Assembly (NCBI GenBank): GCA_902624575.1
Contig: CACNXV010000001.1
Span: 44,553-108,552 of the forward strand
Direction: 5' to 3'
DNA: 64,000 nt
Origin: an uncultured Fidelibacterota bacterium
GTDB taxonomy: Bacteria; Fidelibacterota; Marinisomatia; Marinisomatales; Marinisomataceae
Position 1 is the stretch's first letter; every line of letters starts with the position of its first letter. A program made the position numbers and the translations under genes. The notes beneath the pieces are model-generated. The model had not been told where the DNA came from, searched no databases, and saw nothing but the letters and a program-made list of their open reading frames with translations. Of the stretch, positions 38,787-47,058 are shown piece by piece.

Positions 38787-40199
38787 TTACTTATAAAAAT
38801 TAATGGCGTTAGTTATTCTATTTATTGTCAAATCTTTTCCAAGCAAAATCATCATATCAAAAATACCGGGACCATAGGATATACCACTAATTGCTATTCT
38901 TAAAGGCTTCATTACCTTGCCTAAACCAATATCATGCTGATTCATAATTTGTTCAAAGACTTTTTCAACTGTTTGCTTATCCCAACTCTCTTCTATTTTA
39001 ACAGCATTTAAAAAATCTTTGATAATCATCGTTCCGTTTTGATCTGACATTATTGATTTAAATTCATCTGAATAATTGACTTCATTTATTAAAAAAATAT
39101 CTGATATATCAATTATATCAATGAGATTTTTTGATCTATCTTTTGTTAAAGATATTACAGATTCTAAGTAACTATTATTATGATCTTTGCCCCATGCCTT
39201 ATCAATTAAAAGAATTTCCTTCAGAATATCTTTTGAGGTCATTTCTTTCATTTTTTGACCAGAAATCCAGAGTAATTTTTTTTCATCAAATACAGCTGAT
39301 TTTTTTTGTACTTGCTTGAAATTGAATAATTTAATTAGTTCATTAATATTAAAAATTTCATCATTTGAATCTGGATTCCACCCTAATAAGGAAAGATAAT
39401 TTATTATTGAATCAGGAGTGAAACCTTTATCTCTATACTCCTGAACATTGGTAGCAGCATGTCTTTTGCTTAATCTTTTTTTATCTGAACCTAAAATCAT
39501 TGGGAGATGAGCAAAAATTGGTACATTTTTTTTAAGAGCGTTATAAACAAGAATTTGTTTAGGTGTATTTGCAATGTGATCATCCCCTCTTATAATATGA
39601 GATATATCCATTGCTATATCATCAATAGCTACAACAAAATTATAAGTGGGAGAACCATCAGATCTAGATATAATGAAGTCATCTAAATCTTTATTATCAA
39701 CTATAATTTCACCAAAAACTAAATCTTTAAATTTTGTTATTCCTTCTGGAACTTTTAACCTTATGGTATAAGATCTGCCCTCGTCAATCAATTCATTTTG
39801 CTTTTCTTCCGAAGTATCGCGATAAGTTCTGGGCACTCTGAAAACTTCCTTATTTTTATCAGCTTGAATTCTTAGATTATCAAGTTCTTCTTTAGTTAAA
39901 AAGCACTTATAAGCATCACCTGATTGGATTAACTCTTTTATAACTTTTTGATGATTTGAATTATTTTTGGACTGAAAAATTATGTCATCATCCCAATCCA
40001 TTCCTAGCCAATTTAATGCATTTTTAATTTGGTCTACGTATTCAATTTTGGAACGTTCTAAATCAGTGTCCTCAATTCTTAGTAAAAATTTACCATTATT
40101 TTGTCGAGCAAAAAGCCAATTGAAGAGAGCTGTTCTAGCTCCACCAATGTGTAGATATCCAGTTGGACTTGGAGCAAATCTAACAACAGGTTTTTTCAT
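38787..40199 (-). CDS. gltX: Glutamyl-tRNA synthetase
   Basis: RFAPSPTGYLHIGGARTA (HIGH) and RLSKR (KMSKS-like) motifs. 470 aa. Confidence 0.96.
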   Translation of the reverse strand: MKKPVVRFAPSPTGYLHIGGARTALFNWLFARQNNGKFLLRIEDTDLERSKIEYVDQIKNALNWLGMDWDDDIIFQSKNNSNHQKVIKELIQSGDAYKCFLTKEELDNLRIQADKNKEVFRVPRTYRDTSEEKQNELIDEGRSYTIRLKVPEGITKFKDLVFGEIIVDNKDLDDFIISRSDGSPTYNFVVAIDDIAMDISHIIRGDDHIANTPKQILVYNALKKNVPIFAHLPMILGSDKKRLSKRHAATNVQEYRDKGFTPDSIINYLSLLGWNPDSNDEIFNINELIKLFNFKQVQKKSAVFDEKKLLWISGQKMKEMTSKDILKEILLIDKAWGKDHNNSYLESVISLTKDRSKNLIDIIDISDIFLINEVNYSDEFKSIMSDQNGTMIIKDFLNAVKIEESWDKQTVEKVFEQIMNQHDIGLGKVMKPLRIAISGISYGPGIFDMMILLGKDLTINRITNAINFYK

Positions 40200-40201
40200 T
40201 G

Positions 40202-40288
40202 CGGAGGCAAGAGGATTCGAACCTCTGAAGGGCTTGCACCCTTGCTGGTTTTCAAGACCAGTGCATTCAACCGCTCTGCCATGCCTCC
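40202..40288 (-). tRNA. tRNA-Ser (anticodon TGA), no encoded CCA
   Basis: Hand fold: acceptor ggaggca/tgcctcc, anticodon arm ctggt-ctTGAaa-accag, long variable arm, T-arm with ttcgaat loop. Confidence 0.9.
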
Positions 40289-40420
40289 AAAATCAATGTA
40301 AATTTATCAATTATATACGAAAATAAAAGAAATAACTATCATTGCTTTAAGCATACTTGTTGTTAAAAAAAAATTATGTTAATTTTCTGTTCACTTATAA
40401 GTATTTAAAAAGGAATCATA

Positions 40421-41152
40421 ATGAAAAAAATATTATTTGCTTTACTTTTCACTTCAATAGCTTTTACACAAATCATGGAAAGCGAAGAGCCACTTTTACA
40501 ACCATTAAAAGCTAAAAAAATTATTGATAATGAAAAAATAACTGCAGACGACAGTGGCACAATCATTTTTGATAATGAAAAAAGTAAAATTTCATGGATT
40601 GGCGGACTAAAATATGGCTTATCAAATCATGATGGAAATATGAAAATGATGTCAGGTAATTTGATAATTACCAAAGATATAAAACTATCTGGAGGCGTAG
40701 TTATTAATATGCAATCTATGACAAATAATGATCTTCCAACAGGCGCTAAAGATAGACTAATTGGTCATTTAAAGAGTGCAGATTTTTTTAACGTAAACGA
40801 ATTTCCAACAGCATCTTTTTCAATTACAAGCTCAGACATTGTTCAGAGAGTATCAAACAACAAATATAAAATAAAAATTACAGGTGATTTAACTATTAAA
40901 GGTAAAACGAACGAAGTTAGCTTCGATACTGTAATTAATCTTGAAAATGACGTAAAAAAGGCAAGTGGAAAATTAATTTTCAATCGGACAGATTTTGGAG
41001 TTCAATATCGTGCTGAAATGCATTTAGAAAATCCAAATAGTTTTTGGAATCAAATGCAAACATCTAGGGATGCAGCAAAAGATAAAGTTATAAGAGATGA
41101 AATTGAAATTAGTTTTGAAATCGAGTCATTGCCAGGATTACTGGTTAAATAG
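40421..41152 (+). CDS. YceI-like periplasmic (polyisoprenoid-binding) domain protein
   Basis: Signal peptide. YceI-like beta-barrel pattern (SKISWIG...H.G......G.L; FPTASF; ITGDLTIKGKTNEVSF; FNRTDFGV). Confidence 0.8.
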   Translation: MKKILFALLFTSIAFTQIMESEEPLLQPLKAKKIIDNEKITADDSGTIIFDNEKSKISWIGGLKYGLSNHDGNMKMMSGNLIITKDIKLSGGVVINMQSMTNNDLPTGAKDRLIGHLKSADFFNVNEFPTASFSITSSDIVQRVSNNKYKIKITGDLTIKGKTNEVSFDTVINLENDVKKASGKLIFNRTDFGVQYRAEMHLENPNSFWNQMQTSRDAAKDKVIRDEIEISFEIESLPGLLVK

Positions 41153-41338
41153 TTAAGATAAAAAACCTTTATATATTAAATATGGAATAATGATATACAA
41201 GGTCACATCCCTTATTAAATAGTAAATAAAAATAGCAAGACCAAGTTTCCAACCATATTTTTTAAACATATTTTTAATGGCTATTTTTACGCCTGACTTT
41301 TTGGCGTCTGATCTTAGTTCTTCTAAAGCTTTTAACAT
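41153..41338 (-). CDS. Hypothetical 61-aa membrane protein
   Basis: Amphipathic basic N-terminus followed by one or two hydrophobic helices. It starts 8 nt after the yjjX-like gene. Confidence 0.45.
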   Translation of the reverse strand: MLKALEELRSDAKKSGVKIAIKNMFKKYGWKLGLAIFIYYLIRDVTLYIIIPYLIYKGFLS

Positions 41339-41346
41339 GATTAAAT

Positions 41347-41874
41347 TTAATTATTTTTATAAAAAATTGAATTTTTAAATGGTATTAATGATAAAATTAT
41401 TGCGTGCACATAATAATCAGTCCTGTTTATTAAATCATTTGTAAAAATGCCAACTGCACCATTCTTTTGTTTTGAATTATTTCTATTGAATACTTTATCA
41501 TCTGCATCACCAAGCTCTAAACCTTGATCGAGGAGTTCTCCAATAGCATTTGGTAATTCAAAAGTGGCTGTTTTTGCCTTTCCTTCAACATTATTATTTT
41601 TAATTATAATCCATGCAAAAACTTCATAAGCTTTATCTCTTTTTTCTACCCCACCTTCAATTGATACAAAATAATCAGCTTTCATCCCACTAAGACTATT
41701 TAGTCTATTTCTGGCTCCAGTTAATGTTTCTACATCACTTTTCGGTTGAGATGATACTTTTGAATCTGTAAAAACACCTTCAAATTCAAATTTATCTTTA
41801 AAAGCTAAACTAAATGCTTTTTTAGTAGCATTAATCTTAACAGGGTTTTTAGAAGCTATAATAACTTTTTTCAT
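41347..41874 (-). CDS. yjjX: Inosine/xanthosine triphosphatase (YjjX family)
   Basis: Collinear with my recollection of E. coli YjjX: ASKNPVKI, SQP....ET..GARNR, IEGG, GAVGIFT, and a C-terminal LSLIPF. Confidence 0.8.
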   Translation of the reverse strand: MKKVIIASKNPVKINATKKAFSLAFKDKFEFEGVFTDSKVSSQPKSDVETLTGARNRLNSLSGMKADYFVSIEGGVEKRDKAYEVFAWIIIKNNNVEGKAKTATFELPNAIGELLDQGLELGDADDKVFNRNNSKQKNGAVGIFTNDLINRTDYYVHAIILSLIPFKNSIFYKNN

Positions 41875-41885
41875 TAGAAATGACG

Positions 41886-42341
41886 TTAAAAAATGCTATT
41901 TAATAGCATTTTAGGTGTCCTTAGTAGTACTAAGTACCATTTTAGTAGTGGAATTGATCCTAAGGACGAATTTAGAACAACTCTATTCTTTTTTAAATCC
42001 TTTAATTTTTGAGGTTCATTACTTTGCTTTATCTTTCGATTTTCAAGAACAGGTACTAAAACATGACCAGCAATGAAGGGTATCATATTTACAGGATTGT
42101 TTGTCTCATTTCCTTCCATTATTAAAGTACCTACAATTCCTAAAAATGAATAAGAGGCTTGCTTTAAAAGAACATCATTACTTAAATCTTCAAGCATTCT
42201 ATTAATTTGCTTGGTTTGCTCCTTCGTCTGTTCAGATAAAATTCCTTCAATGGCTTTATCATGATCTTCCATAATATTGCCTGTTGATTCTTGAGCAAAA
42301 ATCATATTAATAATTATGATAACTACTAGAAATTTTTTCAT
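41886..42341 (-). CDS. Hypothetical secreted protein
   Basis: Signal peptide MKKFLVVIIIINMIFAQ. No domain recognised. It follows umuC directly. Confidence 0.5.
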   Translation of the reverse strand: MKKFLVVIIIINMIFAQESTGNIMEDHDKAIEGILSEQTKEQTKQINRMLEDLSNDVLLKQASYSFLGIVGTLIMEGNETNNPVNMIPFIAGHVLVPVLENRKIKQSNEPQKLKDLKKNRVVLNSSLGSIPLLKWYLVLLRTPKMLLNSIF

Positions 42342-42365
42342 ATTAAGTATATTAATTGCTTTCAA

Positions 42366-43643
42366 TTAAATCTTCAATGTTAAAAATTCATTCCAATTTG
42401 TTGTATAGCTTGGAGAAAGTTTTTCTCTTTTTATTGACCAAGATTCATTTTGTCCTTGCACAGCATATCTAATAGTATCAGATCCAAAAATCTGATTAAT
42501 TTGATCAATTGACTTACTGATTTTTTCATCTTTTTCTCTTCTGCTGTAAAATAATGATTGCTGAACTTCATTAGCTTGAATCAAATCAGTTAAGATAACT
42601 CCACATTTTTTGTATTCATACCCACTTCTGTAGATTTTATAAAGACCTTCTAATGCTGCATTTATGATACCACTGGTATCATTAAGAGCAATAGGTAACT
42701 GAACGTTGATATACCTACGATATTGAGGCAAATCAGCACGAAAACGATTGGTGCACAAGTATACTCCTATTGAGTTTACAAAACTGTTCTGTGAGCGTAA
42801 TTTTTCAGCAGACCTTGAAGCATGTGATGATACGGCATTCTTTAATGTATTTAAATCCGAAATCATCCTTGAAAATGATCGGGAAGTTGAAATGCTTTTT
42901 TTAGTAGCATTTTCGTATTCTAGTTCAATCTTTTTAATTCCATTTAATTCATCAACTGTATGTCTACTGATTACTGTCATGTGCTTTTGAATCCATTCAG
43001 GATTCGCTCTTTTCAAATCATAGGCGTTATAAATACCATTAATCTTAAGAAATCGCTGTTTCCTTCTTCCTATACCCCAAATATCCTCTACCTTAACTCT
43101 TGTAAGAAGTTTTTGAATATTATCATTATCAATCAAACAGACGTTGTCTTTGCCAACATTTCGTTTGGATAAATGGTTAGCTACCTTAGCTAAGGTTTTG
43201 GTTTTTCCAATTCCTACAGAAACTGGAATGCCAGTCCATTGGTAAATCTTATTTTTAAGATCAGTAGCATACTTAATAGGATCTTCATATCGAGGATTTA
43301 CGTTAACAAATGCTTCATCAATAGAATAAACTTCAATATCTGCATTTCCTGAGCGAATAATGCTCATAATTCGATTTGATATGTCACCATATAAAGCAAA
43401 ATTTGATGAAAAAATCTGTATATCATGTATTTCTACTAGATGTCTAATTTTAAAGACAGGAATACCCATTGGTATGCCTAAATCTTTAACTTCTTGTGAA
43501 CGTGCGATCACACATCCATCGTTATTAGATAAGACTACAACAGGTTTGTTATTAAGCTTTGGGTTAAAAACTCTTTCGCAAGAAGCATAAAAATTATTAC
43601 AATCAACTATTGCAACATAATTATCTTGTTTTGTGGATAACAT
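42366..43643 (-). CDS. umuC: Y-family translesion DNA polymerase UmuC
   Basis: N-terminus VDCNNFYASCERVF.P.L, DEAF, and an overlap with the upstream umuD-like gene. Confidence 0.92.
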   Translation of the reverse strand: MLSTKQDNYVAIVDCNNFYASCERVFNPKLNNKPVVVLSNNDGCVIARSQEVKDLGIPMGIPVFKIRHLVEIHDIQIFSSNFALYGDISNRIMSIIRSGNADIEVYSIDEAFVNVNPRYEDPIKYATDLKNKIYQWTGIPVSVGIGKTKTLAKVANHLSKRNVGKDNVCLIDNDNIQKLLTRVKVEDIWGIGRRKQRFLKINGIYNAYDLKRANPEWIQKHMTVISRHTVDELNGIKKIELEYENATKKSISTSRSFSRMISDLNTLKNAVSSHASRSAEKLRSQNSFVNSIGVYLCTNRFRADLPQYRRYINVQLPIALNDTSGIINAALEGLYKIYRSGYEYKKCGVILTDLIQANEVQQSLFYSRREKDEKISKSIDQINQIFGSDTIRYAVQGQNESWSIKREKLSPSYTTNWNEFLTLKI

Positions 43644-44076
43644 ATGTCACAACTCCCCAAACAGAGAAATCCATCTCTTCAGTTATTTCTATTTTCTTAT
43701 AATTTTTGTTTGCAGCTACCATAAATAGCTTAGTCTTTGTTTTCTGAATTGTCTTAACGGTAAACTCACCATTTAATACTCCAATAATGATATCATTATT
43801 TTTAGGAGTCTTTGATCTATCCACCACCAATAAGTCTCCATCATCAATCCCTTCATCTTGCATAGAATTACCTGTAACCCTTATGTAAAAAGTAGCAGCG
43901 CTATTATCTACTAAATACTCATTTAAATCTATCGGTAAATCTAAATAATCATCTGCGGGTGAAGGAAAACCTGCAGAAACCATAGTGTCTATAAAAGGAA
44001 CTTCTTTTTTTGATTCTTTTGAAACGGTAAAAAATTCAAGATTATCAGTTGTTTTAATTTTTTTGATGGAATTCAT
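43621..44076 (-). CDS. umuD: UmuD-like S24 peptidase (LexA-family self-cleaving protein without a DNA-binding domain)
   Basis: AGFPSPADDY, then the GNSM Ser-nucleophile motif and a downstream Lys region. 151 aa. Confidence 0.88.
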   Translation of the reverse strand: MNSIKKIKTTDNLEFFTVSKESKKEVPFIDTMVSAGFPSPADDYLDLPIDLNEYLVDNSAATFYIRVTGNSMQDEGIDDGDLLVVDRSKTPKNNDIIIGVLNGEFTVKTIQKTKTKLFMVAANKNYKKIEITEEMDFSVWGVVTYVIHKTR

Positions 44077-44085
44077 TATAAAATA

Positions 44086-44400
44086 TTACAACAAACAATC
44101 AATATAGTCAGTAGAAAGATGCCATAAACATCCGATAGATACTACTTTTAACCTCCAATAAGGACTAAATGATAGCATGAAGTAAAATACTGCAGCATAT
44201 ACAGTATGAAGAGGATGATAACCAATGCTGCATCGGTTAGGATCGAAAATAGGAGATACTAGTAAATGATCTAGATCTATCAACATTGTAAGAAGCATAA
44301 GAATTAAAGCCTCTTTTCACTTTTTATTGAAGAATATTTTTGCAAAAAAAAGAGGGACAATAAAATGGAATGAATAATGGATTAAGACTTTAAAGATCAA
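44086..44400 (-). pseudogene. Small membrane protein gene (HY..HF..P / IDLDHLL / DP.RCSIG.HPLH motifs; DUF6122- or YdjM-like by memory) interrupted by an in-frame TGA at 44317-44319
   Basis: The track ORF 44086-44298 (70 aa) continues upstream in the same frame as (TTG)IFKVLIHYSFHFIVPLFFAKIFFNKK-TGA-KEALIL-MLLTMLIDLDHLL. The total of ~104 codons would fit a single small protein. Confidence 0.45.
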
Positions 44401-44897
44401 GAAAACCAACTTAGTTTTCCGAAATGATTTTTTGGAGTTATTTGGTTGTTTTCAACGTGCCATTTTAAACCGCTTAAAACAGAATTAAGATAAGATTTAA
44501 GTTGAGGCTTAACAAATATTTGAAATGGTAAAAATTGAAATACTTTATTTCCTTGATTTATCATCCAAGGGTGAACTTCAATAGATAGCGCAGACTTATT
44601 TTCAGATACATTTTCAATTACCCAAGAAACATGAGACTGCCTGCCATTTTTTCTTCCAATATTTAACTCGTAGCCTTTTTCTTCATTCCAAGATGTGAAT
44701 TTCCTTTCTAATACAACACCATTTAAATACTCTAACCTATCATGATGATTATCTTCTTTCCAGAAAATAACATCATTTTTTTTACAAAATGGGTGGTATA
44801 AATCAAGATTAGATTCTTTTGAAATGATATTCCAGATTGCGCTAGAAGAAACATTAAACTCTTGTGTACATTTTATAGAAAAATTATAATTTTTCAT
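44397..44897 (-). CDS. SRPBCC (START/polyketide-cyclase-like) superfamily protein
   Basis: Assigned from size and overall pattern only. The assignment is weak. Confidence 0.5.
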   Translation of the reverse strand: MKNYNFSIKCTQEFNVSSSAIWNIISKESNLDLYHPFCKKNDVIFWKEDNHHDRLEYLNGVVLERKFTSWNEEKGYELNIGRKNGRQSHVSWVIENVSENKSALSIEVHPWMINQGNKVFQFLPFQIFVKPQLKSYLNSVLSGLKWHVENNQITPKNHFGKLSWFS

Positions 44898-45337
44898 ATT
44901 TTCATCTCAAAACATTCTACATCAATATCAGCTATTGGAATTGTTCCTTTTTTGGATTGGACTATAGAGAAACCTTCACTCTCGTATAGTTTTATAGCTT
45001 TTAGATTTTTATTTAAAACAAGTACAGACGTAGGTTTTTCAGCTTTATTCATTACAAATTTTAACAACTTTCTTCCATAACCTTTTTTTTGGTAATTTGG
45101 ATGAACGTACAACCAAGTAATTTTTGAATGATTATACGCTACAAAACCAACTACTTCTTCATTTACTAGACCCACATAAATTTTATCGTTTAACAGAGCT
45201 TCAATTTTATAGCATTTTTCAAGAGGAACAAAAGCTTTCTTTGGTGCTGATCCTGCTAATTCTCCAGGCCTTGACGCATCGTGAATTTCACAAACTGATT
45301 TCCAATGTTTATCGATATTAAAATTTTTAACATTCAT
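44894..45337 (-). CDS. GNAT-family N-acetyltransferase
   Basis: Acetyl-CoA binding motif VHPNYQKKGYGRKLL preceded by a VGFVAY beta-strand. Confidence 0.88.
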   Translation of the reverse strand: MNVKNFNIDKHWKSVCEIHDASRPGELAGSAPKKAFVPLEKCYKIEALLNDKIYVGLVNEEVVGFVAYNHSKITWLYVHPNYQKKGYGRKLLKFVMNKAEKPTSVLVLNKNLKAIKLYESEGFSIVQSKKGTIPIADIDVECFEMKI

Positions 45338-45353
45338 TGTTTTTAAAATTTTG

Positions 45354-45438
45354 CGGAGAGGACAGGATTCGAACCTGCGTGAACTTTCGTTCTACACGCT
45401 TTCCAAGCGTGCGCCATAAGCCACTCGGCCACCTCTCC
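45354..45438 (-). tRNA. tRNA-Ser (anticodon GGA), no encoded CCA
   Basis: Hand fold: acceptor ggagagg/cctctcc, anticodon arm cacgc-ttGGAaa-gcgtg, long variable arm, T-loop ttcgaat. Confidence 0.9.
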
Positions 45439-45442
45439 AAAT

Positions 45443-45997
45443 TTACTTATCGGAGGAATCGTCAGCTTTTTCAGCTGATTGGTCTTCGGTTGCCGGCTCA
45501 GCTTCTTCTTTTACTTCTTCAGCAGGGACTTCTTCTTTGACTTCTTTGTTAGAATCTTCTTCTTTTACTTCTTCAGCATCAGCTTCTTTTGTTTCTTCTG
45601 CTGGCGATTCTTCTTTTACTTCCTCTGAAGGAGTTTCTTCTTTGACTTCTTCAGCAACTTCTTTTGTTTCTTCTGCTGGCGCTTCTTCTTTCACTTCCTC
45701 TGAAGGAGCTTCTTCTTTGACTTCTTCAGCAGCTTCTTTTGTTTCTTCCGCTGGCGCTTCTTTTACTTCTTCGACGGAATCTTCATCTGGTTTACCAAAG
45801 GATAAGCCTTGCATTGATTCTTCTTCCATACGTTTTAAAGCCTGGTCAAGATTTTCATTTTCTTCTAATCTAACCATATTATGAAGAAATTTTATATGAC
45901 CAGTATCTTCAGATACAATTGACTTAATGTGCTTTACGAATTTAAAGTCTTTGCCGCCTTTATTGAGCTTTGAAGTAAATGTTTGTTTTTTAGCCAT
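45443..45997 (-). CDS. Protein with a small basic N-terminal domain (DUF4295-like by memory) fused to a long acidic EEVKE-repeat tail
   Basis: The N-terminus MAKKQTFTSKLNKGGKDFKFVKHIKSIVSEDTGHIKF is followed by ~120 aa of E/V/K/A/P repeats. The start was chosen at the MAKK Met. Confidence 0.7.
   Translation of the reverse strand: MAKKQTFTSKLNKGGKDFKFVKHIKSIVSEDTGHIKFLHNMVRLEENENLDQALKRMEEESMQGLSFGKPDEDSVEEVKEAPAEETKEAAEEVKEEAPSEEVKEEAPAEETKEVAEEVKEETPSEEVKEESPAEETKEADAEEVKEEDSNKEVKEEVPAEEVKEEAEPATEDQSAEKADDSSDK
45583..45780. repeat. 75-bp tandem repeat (about 2.6 clean copies plus degenerate flanking copies) inside the acidic protein gene
   Basis: Repeat units begin at 45583, 45658 and 45733 (cttcttttgtttcttc.gctggcg...). 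Each encodes a 25-aa unit, EEVKEEAPSEEVKEEAPAEETKEVA. Confidence 0.85.
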
Positions 45998-46050
45998 AAC
46001 TGGTGATGAAGTTAATGCAAGATTTAAAAAACTCAAATATTTATTATTTA

Positions 46051-47058
46051 TTATTGATTCTCTTGAGATTCAGCTAAATCTCTCATATCTACTACTGAGT
46101 CATGTTCGTCAACAATTTCCTGACCTAAGATAGTTTCAATTGCGTCTTCCAAAGTTATTAATCCTGTTAAATTATCTTCATTATTCATAACAAGGGCCAT
46201 ATGGTCTCGGTTTTTAATAAACAACTCGAGAACCTTATCTATTGGATCATTTTCATTTACTTTAGGTACATCTTGAGATATTTCATGCATTCGAGTACTA
46301 AATTGATCATCCGCTTTTCTATTTATAATCTCATATCGGTTCACCATACCTTGTATTGAGTCCAAATTGGTGTCAAAAATGGGAATTCTTGTAAAATCTA
46401 GGGTATCATGCTCTTCAAGCACCTGCCCTACTGTTAAATCCTTATTTAAAGCGAAAATTACCGACCTTGGAGTCATGATGTCATTTACCTTAACATCTTT
46501 AAGTTTTAGAGTATTTTCTATGATATCTGTTTCCTGCTCTTCCAAAACACCTTCATCTTCACCCATTTCAGCCATAGCAATAACCTCTTCTCTAGTAATA
46601 GTAGCTTCATCGTTACCAAAGTTTGAGATGTATTCCGCAAGTAAAACTAGTGGGTATGTAAAGAATATTAAAACCTCAACAATTACTGTTGTTTTTCCAA
46701 TAAGACTTCTCCAATAAACACTTCCAATAGTTTTTGGAATAATTTCTGAAAAAATCAAAATGAGTAATGTTAAAATTCCAGATGCTATAGCAACAGAACT
46801 TTCACCATACAATTCCAAAGTTTGAGCTCCAACACCCGCTGCCCCCAATGTATGAGCAAAAGTATTTAATGTTAAAATTGCAGCAAGAGGTCTATTGATA
46901 TTTTCTTTAAATTTCTCAAGTCGTTCACCATGGCTATGATTTTTCTTCATCAAAATTGAAGAGTATGAACTTGGAGTTGTAAGGATAACTGCTTCTAAAA
47001 GAGAGCATAAAAACGACAAAACTAATGCTAAAAAGAAATATGCTAGTAAAAGTGTCAT
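46051..47058 (-). CDS. CNNM/HlyC-CorC-family transporter (DUF21 membrane domain plus CBS pair)
   Basis: N-terminal 4-TM DUF21-like region, then a CBS-pair region (DIMTPR...). There is no C-terminal CorC domain. Confidence 0.85.
   Translation of the reverse strand: MTLLLAYFFLALVLSFLCSLLEAVILTTPSSYSSILMKKNHSHGERLEKFKENINRPLAAILTLNTFAHTLGAAGVGAQTLELYGESSVAIASGILTLLILIFSEIIPKTIGSVYWRSLIGKTTVIVEVLIFFTYPLVLLAEYISNFGNDEATITREEVIAMAEMGEDEGVLEEQETDIIENTLKLKDVKVNDIMTPRSVIFALNKDLTVGQVLEEHDTLDFTRIPIFDTNLDSIQGMVNRYEIINRKADDQFSTRMHEISQDVPKVNENDPIDKVLELFIKNRDHMALVMNNEDNLTGLITLEDAIETILGQEIVDEHDSVVDMRDLAESQENQ

Noticed and set aside
39982-40326. 114-aa + strand ORF antisense to gltX, running across tRNA-Ser(TGA). 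The ORFs at 45337-45540 and 49040-49240 cross other tRNA genes in the same way.
   Set aside because: The sequences are translations of tRNA genes or of the antisense strand of a well-supported synthetase gene. They have no independent support.
44317-44319. The idea that the in-frame TGA signals a TGA=Trp genetic code
   Set aside because: Long genes throughout the window are intact under the standard code, and TGA terminates neighbouring genes (for example at 44397-44399 and 7049-7051). Global recoding is therefore not supported.
44311-44356. Inverted repeat cctctttt / aaaagagg upstream of the split membrane gene, considered as a terminator or an SOS operator
   Set aside because: The ~30-nt loop is too large for an intrinsic terminator. 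It has no resemblance to known LexA boxes, and most of it falls inside the extended reading frame described in the findings.
45583-45780. A regular 75-bp repeat that might look like a CRISPR array or a satellite
   Set aside because: The repeats are contiguous with no unique spacers. They stay in frame and encode a 25-aa acidic unit inside an ORF.
45537-45884. 115-aa Ser-rich + strand ORF
   Set aside because: It is the mirror image of the GAA/GAG-rich acidic repeat on the - strand. The - strand frame has a plausible N-terminal domain and start context, and this frame has neither.
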